Shown here piece by piece: positions 47,431-56,592 of a DNA stretch of 64,000 nt. The first letter of the stretch is position 1. Every line of letters starts with the position of its first letter. The position numbers and the translations under genes are program-made. The stretch spans positions 795 through 64,794 of the forward strand of contig JAFWES010000049.1 in the NCBI GenBank assembly GCA_017512805.1. Direction: 5' to 3'. Under the pieces are notes generated by a model. The model did no database searches. It had not been told where the DNA came from and saw nothing but the letters and a program-made list of their open reading frames with translations. This stretch comes from Clostridia bacterium (lineage in GTDB: Bacteria > Bacillota > Clostridia > Christensenellales > Aristaeellaceae).

Positions 47431-49767
47431 TCAATTCCCTTCCATTCTCATCATCCGGATCTTCTGATCCATGTAGGTGAGTACGTCCTGCACGCTCTTC
47501 TGTCCCTCCAGGAAGCCGCTCCACAGCGTGCCGAAGGTTTCCCCGTTTTCTCCCCCGTAAAGCATGGACCAGAAGTCGTAGCTGTCCATCCGAATCAAAG
47601 GCGCCCTGCTCCGATAGTTGGCAATGGCGTCTGGCGAAATCATCCAGTTTTTCTCGTCGAACTCCGCCAGTTCCTTCTCGATGGCCTCCAGGGACCTTTC
47701 CAGCTGCTCCCGGGTTTCCTCGTCCTCCGTTTCCTCCAGGCTTTTCCGCGCCTCATCGGCCCAGCGGGAAATGTTCTTTTTCTGTTCCTCGTGGTCCGGG
47801 TAGCGCTGCGGCTCGTTCCGGTCCGGACAGAAACTGTAGGCCGTGGATGTATCCAGGTTTTCCAGCATCGTCTCCAGGTAGGCGGTGGCTTCCTCCGGAT
47901 GTTTGGAATAGGGATTCAGGAAGGCGACGCCCAGGGACACCGTCAGCACCGGTTCTTCATCCTCTTCGAAGGCAAGCGGAAGCGTCTGATATTCCTGGCG
48001 GTAATTCGTGATCGGGACTTCAAAGCCGGTAATCAGCACGGCGGGCTTCTCCCCGCCCAGTTCCGTATACCGTTCGAAAATGTCTTCCTCCTCCTCATCA
48101 TCGATGAGGCCCAGACCGTCCAGATCCAGTTTGGAGGCCCGCTCCAGCAGCCTCTGCAGCACCGGTGTGTTGAAGTTGTCGTCCGGCCTGGTCAGGGCGT
48201 ACTTCCGGATGATCGCGCTCATCAGCGCGCCGCGGAAGCCCTGTTTGGTCAACCACAGCTCAAAGAGCCGATACTCCGTCCCCTCCAGTTTGTCCGGCAG
48301 GGTCTCCAGCAGATCCATGTACTGGTCCCATGTCCGGGGCAGATCCGCATCCGTATATCCCAGCTTGCTCCAGGCCTCCTTATGATACCCGAAGGCATCG
48401 CCGTACATGCTGATCGGAATCGCCACCAGCTGTCCGTCCTTTTGGCAGGCTTCCTGAATGAAGGGATACATCTGTCCGATCAGATTCCTGATTTTTTCGC
48501 TGCCCTCCAGGCTGCCCATGAAGCCCCGATTGTAAATCGCGCTGTAGACGCTGGAAGAGGAATCGATGGTATAGAGATCAATCCGATCATCCTGATTCAT
48601 CATGGACTGCAGCAGGGTGCTCATGTCCCCGTTTTCTTCCCGGATGACGCTGATGTCCCCCCGCTCATTGGTGAAAGCGTAATAGGCGGCGTTCGCCCCG
48701 CTGGACCAGGTAAAGGGCTGAATCCGGATGGTCACCGCGCCCCGCTGGCTGGGATCGGTATTGCGGATCACCGCGCCGTCGTACCGGTAAACCGCCAGGA
48801 ACCCGTCCTCCGTCATCTGGGCGAACATACTGGAGGGGACAATGCCGCAGTCGTTTACGCTCTCCGCGTTTTCCGTATCTCCCTCCCTGGCGGCGAAGAT
48901 TTCCCCGTTCGTCACATAGTACAGGGTTCTGTTTTCCTCCCGCCAGGCGATCCCGCGGATGTTATAGGTATACTCCCCCTCAAACTCCGCCAGCGTCTCG
49001 GTCGTTTCCTCCTCGATGTCATACGTCTCGATGATCAGGTGGGAATCCCCCCGCCGGTCAATCCGGGCCACAAGCAGCTTCCCGTCCGGCCCTTGGCCCA
49101 CATCCTCCAGGTTATCGATTTCCGCGGTCTCTTCGTCCCCTTCTTCCAGGTCGAAAATGTGCAGCTCCATGTCTCCGCTGTCCCCATAGACCGAAAGGGC
49201 CAGGTGTTCTCCCGTGCAGACGCTGCCGGTAATCCACCGGCTGAACCGGTTGGCGCCGTTGCGCTCCACCATGCCCCGCCACTCCAGCTGGGGCAGCTCC
49301 GTCTCCTCCAGGCTGGCCTGTCCATCCGCGAGAACCAGCTTCCGGACGTATCCGCCGTCGATGTCGCTGCCGTCTTCGAAATTAATATTCCGGTACACGA
49401 CGGCGTAGATCTCTCCCCTCCAGGCAAACCAGCAGGCGATCTCTTCCGTGTACCGCTCGCCGTCCTCCGTCAGCATGGGTTCATCCCCCAGGCCGTGCAG
49501 TCTGTCGTTCATCGCGGTGGTATCAAAGGTCTCGGTTTGTCCGGTCCGGGTGTCGTATACGTAAATCGCCTGCGTGGTTCCCGATGTGGCCATGTACACC
49601 CGCGTCCCGATGATCATCAGCCGCTCCACGTATTCCGAAAAGGTTTCGCTGTTCGTCTGCAGCAGGGTCCGATCCCCCGTGGAAGCGGTCGCGGCAGCGC
49701 TGACCAGCAGCAGGACCGCCGCCAGCATCCCCCCCAGGAGCTTTTTCCATTTTCTGTTTCCGATCAT
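47431..49767 (-). CDS. Very large (778 aa) extracellular solute-binding protein with an extra N-terminal beta-rich domain
   Basis: Signal peptide; C-terminal SBP_bac_1-like motifs (DG.LVAIP, P.TWD, N..SKHPEEA..YL); N-terminal ~330 aa of repeated short beta-strand-like segments. Confidence 0.78.
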   Translation of the reverse strand: MIGNRKWKKLLGGMLAAVLLLVSAAATASTGDRTLLQTNSETFSEYVERLMIIGTRVYMATSGTTQAIYVYDTRTGQTETFDTTAMNDRLHGLGDEPMLTEDGERYTEEIACWFAWRGEIYAVVYRNINFEDGSDIDGGYVRKLVLADGQASLEETELPQLEWRGMVERNGANRFSRWITGSVCTGEHLALSVYGDSGDMELHIFDLEEGDEETAEIDNLEDVGQGPDGKLLVARIDRRGDSHLIIETYDIEEETTETLAEFEGEYTYNIRGIAWREENRTLYYVTNGEIFAAREGDTENAESVNDCGIVPSSMFAQMTEDGFLAVYRYDGAVIRNTDPSQRGAVTIRIQPFTWSSGANAAYYAFTNERGDISVIREENGDMSTLLQSMMNQDDRIDLYTIDSSSSVYSAIYNRGFMGSLEGSEKIRNLIGQMYPFIQEACQKDGQLVAIPISMYGDAFGYHKEAWSKLGYTDADLPRTWDQYMDLLETLPDKLEGTEYRLFELWLTKQGFRGALMSAIIRKYALTRPDDNFNTPVLQRLLERASKLDLDGLGLIDDEEEEDIFERYTELGGEKPAVLITGFEVPITNYRQEYQTLPLAFEEDEEPVLTVSLGVAFLNPYSKHPEEATAYLETMLENLDTSTAYSFCPDRNEPQRYPDHEEQKKNISRWADEARKSLEETEDEETREQLERSLEAIEKELAEFDEKNWMISPDAIANYRSRAPLIRMDSYDFWSMLYGGENGETFGTLWSGFLEGQKSVQDVLTYMDQKIRMMRMEGN

Positions 49768-49845
49768 CCGTCATTTCCTCCTTCTGCCCGTTGGCCCGGC
49801 GGCCGGGACGTTTCCCCGCCCGCGGCCGGAATCATGCGCCGCCGG

Positions 49846-51006
49846 TTACGTTCCCTCCGCGGGGGTCTCCTCCCCGGTCTCCGCGGCTTCCCCCTCCGCC
49901 GCGGCATTCCCGCCGTCCGGGGCCGTCTCCCCGGTCTCCTGCGCCGCGAAAATCGTCACGGTCATTCCCGCCCGCAGATTCTCGTCCGCCTGGATGGAGG
50001 CATATGCCTTATAGTTCTTCCGATCCGTGGAGGCGCCATCCTTGGTCTCCTCCTGGATATGTGAAATCCGGGTGACCTTCCCGTCATATTTCCGGCCCAG
50101 CTCCGTATCCCAGTACAGTTCCATCTGCACCTTCTGTCCTTCCTTCAGAAGGAACAGATCCGCTTCCTGCACCAGGAATTCCACCCGCAGGCTTTCGGTC
50201 GGAATCATCTTCATCAGGATTTCGTTCTTGGCCACCGTTTCGCCCCGGCCCTTGCTGACGCTGCTGATAATGCCGTCCGCCGGGCTGATGATCTCTCCGG
50301 AGGGGGCATACAGTCCGTCCAGCACCCCGTCCACCGTCTCAAACAGGATTTCTCCCCGTTCCACAAAGTCCCCGTTCTGCACATGGATCTTCAGGACGCT
50401 GCCGGCTCCCTTGACGGCCACGGGCTTCGCCCGGTCCACCGTTCCCCGGCCGATGGCGCTTTCCGCGGTATAGTTGGCGGAGCGGTAGATCCCTACCTTC
50501 TCCTGCATGGAGAATTCCCCGCCGGTCACCTCGATGTTATATCCCTTGTCCGTCAGGGCGGAAACCATCCCCGTTCCCGTGTGGGATCCGTCGGTCAGGC
50601 ACTTCAGATAAACCCGTTCGCCCAGATGGATGTACCGGTTCTCGCTCCGGTTATAGGCCTTTTCCGTGGTCGCCTCGATCGTATAGCGGTTGGTGGGCTC
50701 GATATAGATGCTGGCCCCGTACCGTTCCGTGATGTCTTCTGTCTTGTCCCCCTCGGCAATGTAAAGACCGGTCACATATCCCTCGATGGGCGCGTAGTTC
50801 CGGGTGGTTCCGATTTCCCCGAGAATCTGACCCGCCTCCACCATATCCCCGGCTTCCACCTGAATGTCCGCCAGCTGTCCGCCGTACGCCGCCAGCACGG
50901 GGATGATCTCCCCCGCCACGACCGTCCCGTCATAGGACATTTCCGCCGATGCGGCTCCCCAGAGCAGCAGCGCGGCCATCCCCAGGCAAACGATGAACTT
51001 CTTCAT
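49846..51006 (-). CDS. HlyD-family adaptor protein with multiple lipoyl-like motifs
   Basis: Signal peptide; VEAGDMVEAGQ...YAPIEGYV, VQNGDFVERGE...SPADGII, beta-barrel ending LRAGMTV. Confidence 0.8.
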   Translation of the reverse strand: MKKFIVCLGMAALLLWGAASAEMSYDGTVVAGEIIPVLAAYGGQLADIQVEAGDMVEAGQILGEIGTTRNYAPIEGYVTGLYIAEGDKTEDITERYGASIYIEPTNRYTIEATTEKAYNRSENRYIHLGERVYLKCLTDGSHTGTGMVSALTDKGYNIEVTGGEFSMQEKVGIYRSANYTAESAIGRGTVDRAKPVAVKGAGSVLKIHVQNGDFVERGEILFETVDGVLDGLYAPSGEIISPADGIISSVSKGRGETVAKNEILMKMIPTESLRVEFLVQEADLFLLKEGQKVQMELYWDTELGRKYDGKVTRISHIQEETKDGASTDRKNYKAYASIQADENLRAGMTVTIFAAQETGETAPDGGNAAAEGEAAETGEETPAEGT

Positions 51007-51090
51007 GGTCTTTCTCCTCTCTTTTTTGCTGAATGCCCTGAACTGCAGGAGCATGAATTCCTTCCGCATGGACCGCCGGCCCCGGTGATC

Positions 51091-52752
51091 TTACGGCGCT
51101 GTTCCGGCCTGCGTCCTTCCGTCCTTCTCCGTCTCCGGATCCTTGGGGATCACGGTAATCCCCGTCAGGTAAATCGGCGCTTTCGGATCCTCATTCAGAT
51201 CGTAGTCTTCCCCTTCCACCGTCAGTTTCCATGCGACGGCTCCCCCGGTGATCAGGGTGTAGTCAAACCGGCGTCCGGCCACGCCCCGGCTCTTCATCCC
51301 GTCATACGCCCGGCCGGCCAGGAATCCTTCCGTCGGCACGATCACGTCCTCGGTTTCATCCCGAAACAGGATGAAATCAATCCCGGTCTTATTCAGCCGC
51401 CGCAGCACCGCGCCGTTGATCTCCCACCGGTTTCCGGGTTCTTCCGCGGCCTTCAGGATCAGCGTATCCACCAGATCCGCCGTGGCGGCTGTCCCGTCCC
51501 AGATCGTATCCCCCACCGCGAAAGCGGCGGTAAAGGCGGCCGCTTCGTCGTTTTCTCCTTTCAAAGAAAGGGGCAGTGTTTCTCCGCCCAGGGTCAGCTC
51601 CTGCATGGGCGCCGTTTCCCCGATTCCTACCGTGACCTGATCATACCCGTGGGTCACCTTCGTCCCCGGTTTGGTATGTTTGGGTTTTTTCGCCCCGGTC
51701 CCCCTGGAGGTGCTCACCGCGGGCACTTCCCACTCGATCCCGTCCAGGAAACCGTCAGCCGTATCTTCCCCGTCGCCGTCGGACGTCTCTTCCCCGTCGC
51801 CGTCGTCAGGGACGGCCGTGGGCGTGGGGGTCGGCGTGGGGGTCATCTCCGGGATGCCCGCAAACGGATCCCCCTCCCATTCCTTTCCTTCCGCAAAGCC
51901 CCGGTCCTGCAGCTTGTAGCAATAGCTGAAGGCGCCGTCGAAGAGTTTATTCAGCCGGCTCTCCTCACCGATGACCACCGTCTCCAGATTCGGGCAGTCC
52001 GCGAAGGCCATTTCCCGGATTTCTTCCACCGAATCCGGCAAAACGACCGTTTTCAGTTCCCTCAGCCGTTCAAACGCATGCGGTCCGATCGCCCGGATCC
52101 CCTCCGGAAGATCCTCCAGCGTTTCGATATCCCTGCTTCCGGCATAAGCGATCAGGACGCCGGCGTCATCGACCGTATATTCCCCCGGAAATACGGTGAA
52201 GGCCGGGGTGACCGCAGGCGTTTCGGTCGGTTCCCCCGTGGGCGTTTCCGTCGGTTCCCCCGTGGGCGTTTCCGTCGGTTCCCCCGTGGGCGTTTCCGTC
52301 GGTTCCCCCGTGGGCGTTTCCGCAGGCGGTTCCGTCGCGGGCTGCTCCGGGGTGACCGTTTCCGCCGGCGGCTCCGACGGCCCCGGCGTAGGCTCATCCG
52401 CGGGCGGCGCGTCCGGGGTGGGTTCTTCCGTCGGCCCTTCCGTCGGGTCTTCCTGAGAATCCGATGTCGGTTCAGCCTCCGGAGGTACCGTCGGATCCGA
52501 AGCCGGTTCCGCGGGCGGTTCTTCCGTCGGAGCCTGCGTCACCCCCGGCGTTTCCTCTTCCTCCGGCGTTTCCCGCTCCCCGGCCTGCCCGGGAACCGGG
52601 GGCCAGGCTTCGGCCGCCGTCACCGTCGCGTCCGGCTCCGTGCTCTCCCCTCCGGCCGGAACCTGATCCGCGTCCGCGGGCCAGATCAGGCACAGCGCCA
52701 CGGCCAGCCAAAGCCATGTCCGTCCCCGTCTCCTGACATTCTCTTTTTTCAT
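51091..52752 (-). CDS. Secreted Pro/Thr/Glu-rich protein with BspA-type (LRR_5) leucine-rich repeats
   Basis: Signal peptide; LPEGIRAIGPHAF...VVLPDSVEEIREMAFADC.NL; PTGEPTET repeats. Confidence 0.8.
   Translation of the reverse strand: MKKENVRRRGRTWLWLAVALCLIWPADADQVPAGGESTEPDATVTAAEAWPPVPGQAGERETPEEEETPGVTQAPTEEPPAEPASDPTVPPEAEPTSDSQEDPTEGPTEEPTPDAPPADEPTPGPSEPPAETVTPEQPATEPPAETPTGEPTETPTGEPTETPTGEPTETPTGEPTETPAVTPAFTVFPGEYTVDDAGVLIAYAGSRDIETLEDLPEGIRAIGPHAFERLRELKTVVLPDSVEEIREMAFADCPNLETVVIGEESRLNKLFDGAFSYCYKLQDRGFAEGKEWEGDPFAGIPEMTPTPTPTPTAVPDDGDGEETSDGDGEDTADGFLDGIEWEVPAVSTSRGTGAKKPKHTKPGTKVTHGYDQVTVGIGETAPMQELTLGGETLPLSLKGENDEAAAFTAAFAVGDTIWDGTAATADLVDTLILKAAEEPGNRWEINGAVLRRLNKTGIDFILFRDETEDVIVPTEGFLAGRAYDGMKSRGVAGRRFDYTLITGGAVAWKLTVEGEDYDLNEDPKAPIYLTGITVIPKDPETEKDGRTQAGTAP
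52217..52322. repeat. 24-bp coding tandem repeat x4 plus a partial copy (TPTGEPTE)
   Basis: ggcgtttccgtcggttcccccgtg at 52217 (one mismatch), 52241, 52265, 52289. Confidence 0.92.
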
Positions 52753-52816
52753 ATGTAATGCCTCCCGGCAGCCCCTTTCATCTCGCATTGGGTGGATCGC
52801 AAAACCCACCTGCTTT

Positions 52817-52845
52817 ATTATACCCCACTGCGCCCCCTCTTTCAA
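52817..52845 (-). promoter_or_regulatory. Sigma-A promoter heading the LRR/adaptor/ABC operon
   Basis: TTGAAA-17-TATAAT on the minus strand. Confidence 0.7.
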
Positions 52846-52940
52846 CTTTCCCCGTATCGGATCGGTCAGGCCGCTGGGCCGGGGCTTTTCCACTCGGGGA
52901 GGCCCGGCCCAGCGGCCACGGAACGAAACGACTTTCTGTC

Positions 52941-53849
52941 CTATTCCATTTTTCCGAAGCAGATCAGGCTCCCCTGGGACCGGAGCCCCTTGTCCCCGGT
53001 CTCGATGATCTTTCCGTTAAAGATCATGGTGGCCGTCTGTCCCCCGTCCAGATTCAGCGCCTCCACGCATCCCCGGTCCAGCAGCTGCCGGGCCAGCCAG
53101 TCCAGGTGCACCCCCGCGTACTGACCTTTGGGTCTTCCCCGAACCACGATCGCCACATAGTGCCAGGGTTCGACCATCCCGAAGGCCACCCGGGGTTCAT
53201 TGTAGGGATAGTATTTGGGATCCAGAACCTGCTGCGTGATCTTCCCCTCCCGGATCAGAATCGGGCCGAAGGAAAACACCTGCGCGGCCCCCATCTCCAG
53301 GTATTCTTCGGCGGTATACGCGTCGCAGAGATAGGTTTCGATCCGCCCGTCCCCGAACACCGCCATGGTGTCCAGGTTCGGCCAGGGACGTTTTTTCTGA
53401 CTGTTCCGGGTCTGATCGGAGATGATCTCCCCGTCCCGGATCACGATCCCCTTGTATTTGTACTTCTGCAGGCGGATTCCGTACATATCGTCGCTCATGG
53501 CGAACAGCGGCCGATGCTTGTCCGTCAGCAGATCGGGGCTGACCAGTTTATATCCCTCCGGCCGCTTCGTTGTCGCTTCGGTCATAATCGGATACAGGGG
53601 CGACTCCGGCGAAGCCTGAATATCCGCGATGCAATACTCCCTGATCTTCGTTTTTTTCCCGCTCTTCACCTGCTCCGAAAACCGCTCGATGGTGATCCGC
53701 AGGCTTTCCGAGCGGTATTCCCATCGCCCGTTCTCCGGGTCTTCCATCAGATAAGGCTCCTCCGCCCCTGCCCATGTACAGGCACAGGCCAGAATTATCC
53801 ATGCCGTCAGCGCAAGCGCGCCAACCCTTCCGAACCGTTTTGACCTCAT
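52941..53849 (-). CDS. Phosphodiester glycosidase (NAGPA) family secreted protein
   Basis: Signal peptide; GIVIRDG, FSFGPILI.EG, EPRVAFG, V.GR, ALNLDGG. Confidence 0.85.
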   Translation of the reverse strand: MRSKRFGRVGALALTAWIILACACTWAGAEEPYLMEDPENGRWEYRSESLRITIERFSEQVKSGKKTKIREYCIADIQASPESPLYPIMTEATTKRPEGYKLVSPDLLTDKHRPLFAMSDDMYGIRLQKYKYKGIVIRDGEIISDQTRNSQKKRPWPNLDTMAVFGDGRIETYLCDAYTAEEYLEMGAAQVFSFGPILIREGKITQQVLDPKYYPYNEPRVAFGMVEPWHYVAIVVRGRPKGQYAGVHLDWLARQLLDRGCVEALNLDGGQTATMIFNGKIIETGDKGLRSQGSLICFGKME

Positions 53850-55414
53850 CCGTCCGCTTCCTCTCTTCCTTCCGCGTCCGCTTCTTTCTTCCGGATCAGC
53901 GCCAGCTTCTCCGCGCGGGTCATCTGTTTCAGGCGCCAGTCCCGGCTCATGGCTTCCTGCTTCGTGCCAAAGCATTCCCAGTAGACCAGCTTCACCGGCA
54001 GCCTGCTCCTTGTGTATTTCGCGCCTTTTCCCTCGTTATGGCGCCGGATCCGTTCCTCCAGCCGGTTGGTCCATCCGCAGTACAGGCTCCCGTCCGCGCA
54101 TTCCAGCAGATACGTATAGCATTCCCCTTCATGGGATACCTCCTCTCCCATGGTGATGAGAATGGCTTCCCGATCCTCCGCCCGCAGTTTTGCCGCCGCG
54201 GATCGCTCCGTCCGGTAATCCAAATGCCGAGCCGGAAAAATGAATATTCGCTGACCGGCGTCAGATCGTCCCCTCTCGGCAGCTTCCTTCTCCGTCAGGC
54301 ACAGAGCCTCCTCCGCCAGTCCCAGCCGTCGGAAATCCGCCCGGGCCCGGTTCATTCCGGTTTCATCCCCCGTTACCCAGCTGATCTCACACTCCGGGAT
54401 CCGATCCCTCAGCAGGCCGATCAGCGCCGCTCCCTGCAGCGTTCGCCCGCCCGGACCCGGGCAGGGGATGCGCCAGTTTCGAAAGCCCCTGCCGATTTTC
54501 CGCTGCGCGGTTCGCAGCGCTTCCATCTGGTCCCAGTTCAGCATCCGCTTCCGGATTCGCTCCCGTCCGTCCTCATCCCGAAGGCTTTCGTACCGAATGC
54601 CGTACCTGAGCAGGAACAGAAACCGTTCCGGCGCCATCAGTCCCGTCAGCATCCGGTGGGTCGGCGTTCCCGGGTCCTTTCGCCGCAGGATCTCGTTGAC
54701 CTCCGGCAGGTCTGTGATCCCGTTATCCGTCAGAATCGTCCGTTCCGTTTCCCGGTCCGGCCTTCCGATTTCCCGGGGCCTTTTCGGCATTTTTTCCGGC
54801 CCCGGATACACCGGAAAATCCGCCGGGGCCCCCGCCGTGAAATAAGCCCCGTCCCTGGGCAGCAGGGCCAGCCCTCCGCACTCCCGGTCGTTGGAAAACA
54901 GCCAGATCTGGGCCGCCTGCAGAGAGGGCCGGAAGCTTTCCTGGTGAAAGCGCCGGCACATTCGCTCGTATTCACTCTTCAGGCCGCCCCGCTGGTCGGG
55001 GGCCTTCACTTCCATGATTCCCAGCGGCAGTCCGTTCACAAACAGCGTGACGTCCGGGCGAAAGCGCCGGTTTCCGGTTCCGCAGGCCATCTCCGTTCCC
55101 GCCAGAAATTCATTCTTTTCCGGGTGGTCGAAGTCCAGAAGCATCAATCCGTTCCAGCCCGTTCGCAGCGCCCGGTAAAAGCCCCGGCCCAGATCCGGTT
55201 CCCGAAGCAATGCCTTCAGATCCTCCAGCATCCGCCTGAAACGGTCTTCCGCCAGCGTGATCCCGTTCATTCGCTCCGCCGCTTCCCGCAGCCTGTCCGT
55301 CAGGATATTGGTTTCCCGGTCCCGCCGGGCCTCTTTTCCCGGCAGATATCCGTATCCCAGCCGCGTCAGATGCAGAAGCGCCGGAATCTTGACGCAGACA
55401 TCTTCCCGTTTCAT
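53846..55414 (-). CDS. Fusion: type I restriction HsdR N-terminal nuclease domain, degenerate helicase, C-terminal GIY-YIG nuclease
   Basis: VKIPALLHLTRLGY and RPDVTLFVNGLPLGIMEVK (HSDR_N); YTYLLECADGSLYCGWT...R...HNEGKGAKYTR (UPF0213 GIY-YIG). Confidence 0.82.
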   Translation of the reverse strand: MKREDVCVKIPALLHLTRLGYGYLPGKEARRDRETNILTDRLREAAERMNGITLAEDRFRRMLEDLKALLREPDLGRGFYRALRTGWNGLMLLDFDHPEKNEFLAGTEMACGTGNRRFRPDVTLFVNGLPLGIMEVKAPDQRGGLKSEYERMCRRFHQESFRPSLQAAQIWLFSNDRECGGLALLPRDGAYFTAGAPADFPVYPGPEKMPKRPREIGRPDRETERTILTDNGITDLPEVNEILRRKDPGTPTHRMLTGLMAPERFLFLLRYGIRYESLRDEDGRERIRKRMLNWDQMEALRTAQRKIGRGFRNWRIPCPGPGGRTLQGAALIGLLRDRIPECEISWVTGDETGMNRARADFRRLGLAEEALCLTEKEAAERGRSDAGQRIFIFPARHLDYRTERSAAAKLRAEDREAILITMGEEVSHEGECYTYLLECADGSLYCGWTNRLEERIRRHNEGKGAKYTRSRLPVKLVYWECFGTKQEAMSRDWRLKQMTRAEKLALIRKKEADAEGREEADG

Positions 55415-55481
55415 TCCCGCTTCGCCTCCCCCCGGCCGAACTTCTGTCATCATAGCATACTTTCACCGTTTTCGCGAGCAC

Positions 55482-55506
55482 AAAAAAACCGGAGCTTTCG
55501 CTCCGG
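55482..55506 (-). terminator. Intrinsic terminator downstream of rubredoxin
   Basis: CCGGAGC-GAAA-GCTCCGG followed by T7 on the minus strand. Confidence 0.8.
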
Positions 55507-55637
55507 CCCGCAGGCAGACCCCTCCCGCACCGCCGGCCCCAGAGGACCGGCGATGTCCTTTCGGGCGCCCATGGCTCAGCTGCGCGGCTCGCCACGGTTC
55601 AGGCCCGGAAGACGCTCGGGACGGATGCGCCTCTCCC

Positions 55638-55796
55638 TTATTCCGCTTCCGTAAAGGCGCTCTTGTCCAGACCGCAGACGGGGCACACCCAATCATCCGG
55701 GATGTCCTCAAAGGCCGTCCCGGGGGCGATGCCGCTGTCGGGATCGCCGACTTCGGGATCATACACATATCCGCAGGGGCACTCATACTTCTTCAT
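55638..55796 (-). CDS. Rubredoxin
   Basis: Manual translation [52 protein letters not shown]; AAGGAGG RBS; not in the ORF track. Confidence 0.95.
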   Translation of the reverse strand: MKKYECPCGYVYDPEVGDPDSGIAPGTAFEDIPDDWVCPVCGLDKSAFTEAE

Positions 55797-55879
55797 GGTT
55801 CTTTTCCTCCTTTGATCGGGGAGCTCGCCCCCCTCGCTTCCTCCTCATTCTATCGGTTCCCGTCTTTTCTGTCAAGCAG

Positions 55880-56500
55880 TTACACCGTCTCCGGCAGCAG
55901 CCGGATATCGGCAAGGGCCGGCGTCCCCTCCGGCACGCTGCCAAATCCGTAAGCCGCGTGCAGGAAGGGCACCCCCGCTTTCGCTGCCGCGTCATAATCC
56001 CCCTGGGTGTCTCCCAGATAGACCGCCTCGTCCAGGTGATTCCGTTCCACCACCAGCCGGATATTGGCGTCCTTTTCCTGGCCCGTTCTGCCAAAGTTCT
56101 CCGTATCGTCGATATACTTCCCGAGCCGGTGATACTCCAGGAACGCTTCGATGTACCCTTCCTGGCAGTTGCTGACAATCGCCAGGAAAAGCCCCTTCTC
56201 CTTCAGCGCTTTCAGGGTCTCCTCCAGTCCCTCGACCAGGATCCCCCCATGATGGCGGACGTATTCATTTTCTTCCGCCATGCATTCCGCCAGCATTCGC
56301 TTCCCGTCCTCCGGTTCTTCGCCCGGAAACAGCTCCGCGGCAAAGGCGTCCATGGTCTTTCCCATTCGCGCGCCGACCCATTCCGCTGTGCACCGCTCCG
56401 GCCTGCCCATTCGCTCCAGCGCGATATTCCAGGAAAGGGCCACCGCCTCCCGGGAATCCCACAGCGTCCCGTCCAGATCAAACAGAATCCCCTTTTTCAT
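55880..56500 (-). CDS. HAD family hydrolase (phosphoglycolate phosphatase-like)
   Basis: FDLDGTL, IVSN, K, YLGDTQGD, AAYGFG. Confidence 0.9.
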   Translation of the reverse strand: MKKGILFDLDGTLWDSREAVALSWNIALERMGRPERCTAEWVGARMGKTMDAFAAELFPGEEPEDGKRMLAECMAEENEYVRHHGGILVEGLEETLKALKEKGLFLAIVSNCQEGYIEAFLEYHRLGKYIDDTENFGRTGQEKDANIRLVVERNHLDEAVYLGDTQGDYDAAAKAGVPFLHAAYGFGSVPEGTPALADIRLLPETV

Positions 56501-56540
56501 ATCCCGATTTCTCCTCTGTGCATGCCTCTGTCCGTGTACA

Positions 56541-56579
56541 CAAAAGCCGGGGATGGGAAAAACCCGTCTCCGGCTTTTG
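56541..56579. terminator. Bidirectional intrinsic terminator
   Basis: CAAAAGCCGG...CCGGCTTTTG. Confidence 0.75.
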
Positions 56580-56592
56580 GATCAGTATGCGA

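Noticed and set aside
42909-47480. 1523-aa plus-strand ORF, and similar long ORFs at 6315-9089, 32127-34700, 40088-42142, 47791-50064 and 50383-52758
   Set aside because: Antisense shadows of well-supported minus-strand genes, expected from high-GC codon bias; no recognisable motifs
55590-55625. TCAGGCCCGGAAG resembling the SRP RNA helix 8
   Set aside because: Lacks the following GAAGCAGC and the flanking long helix
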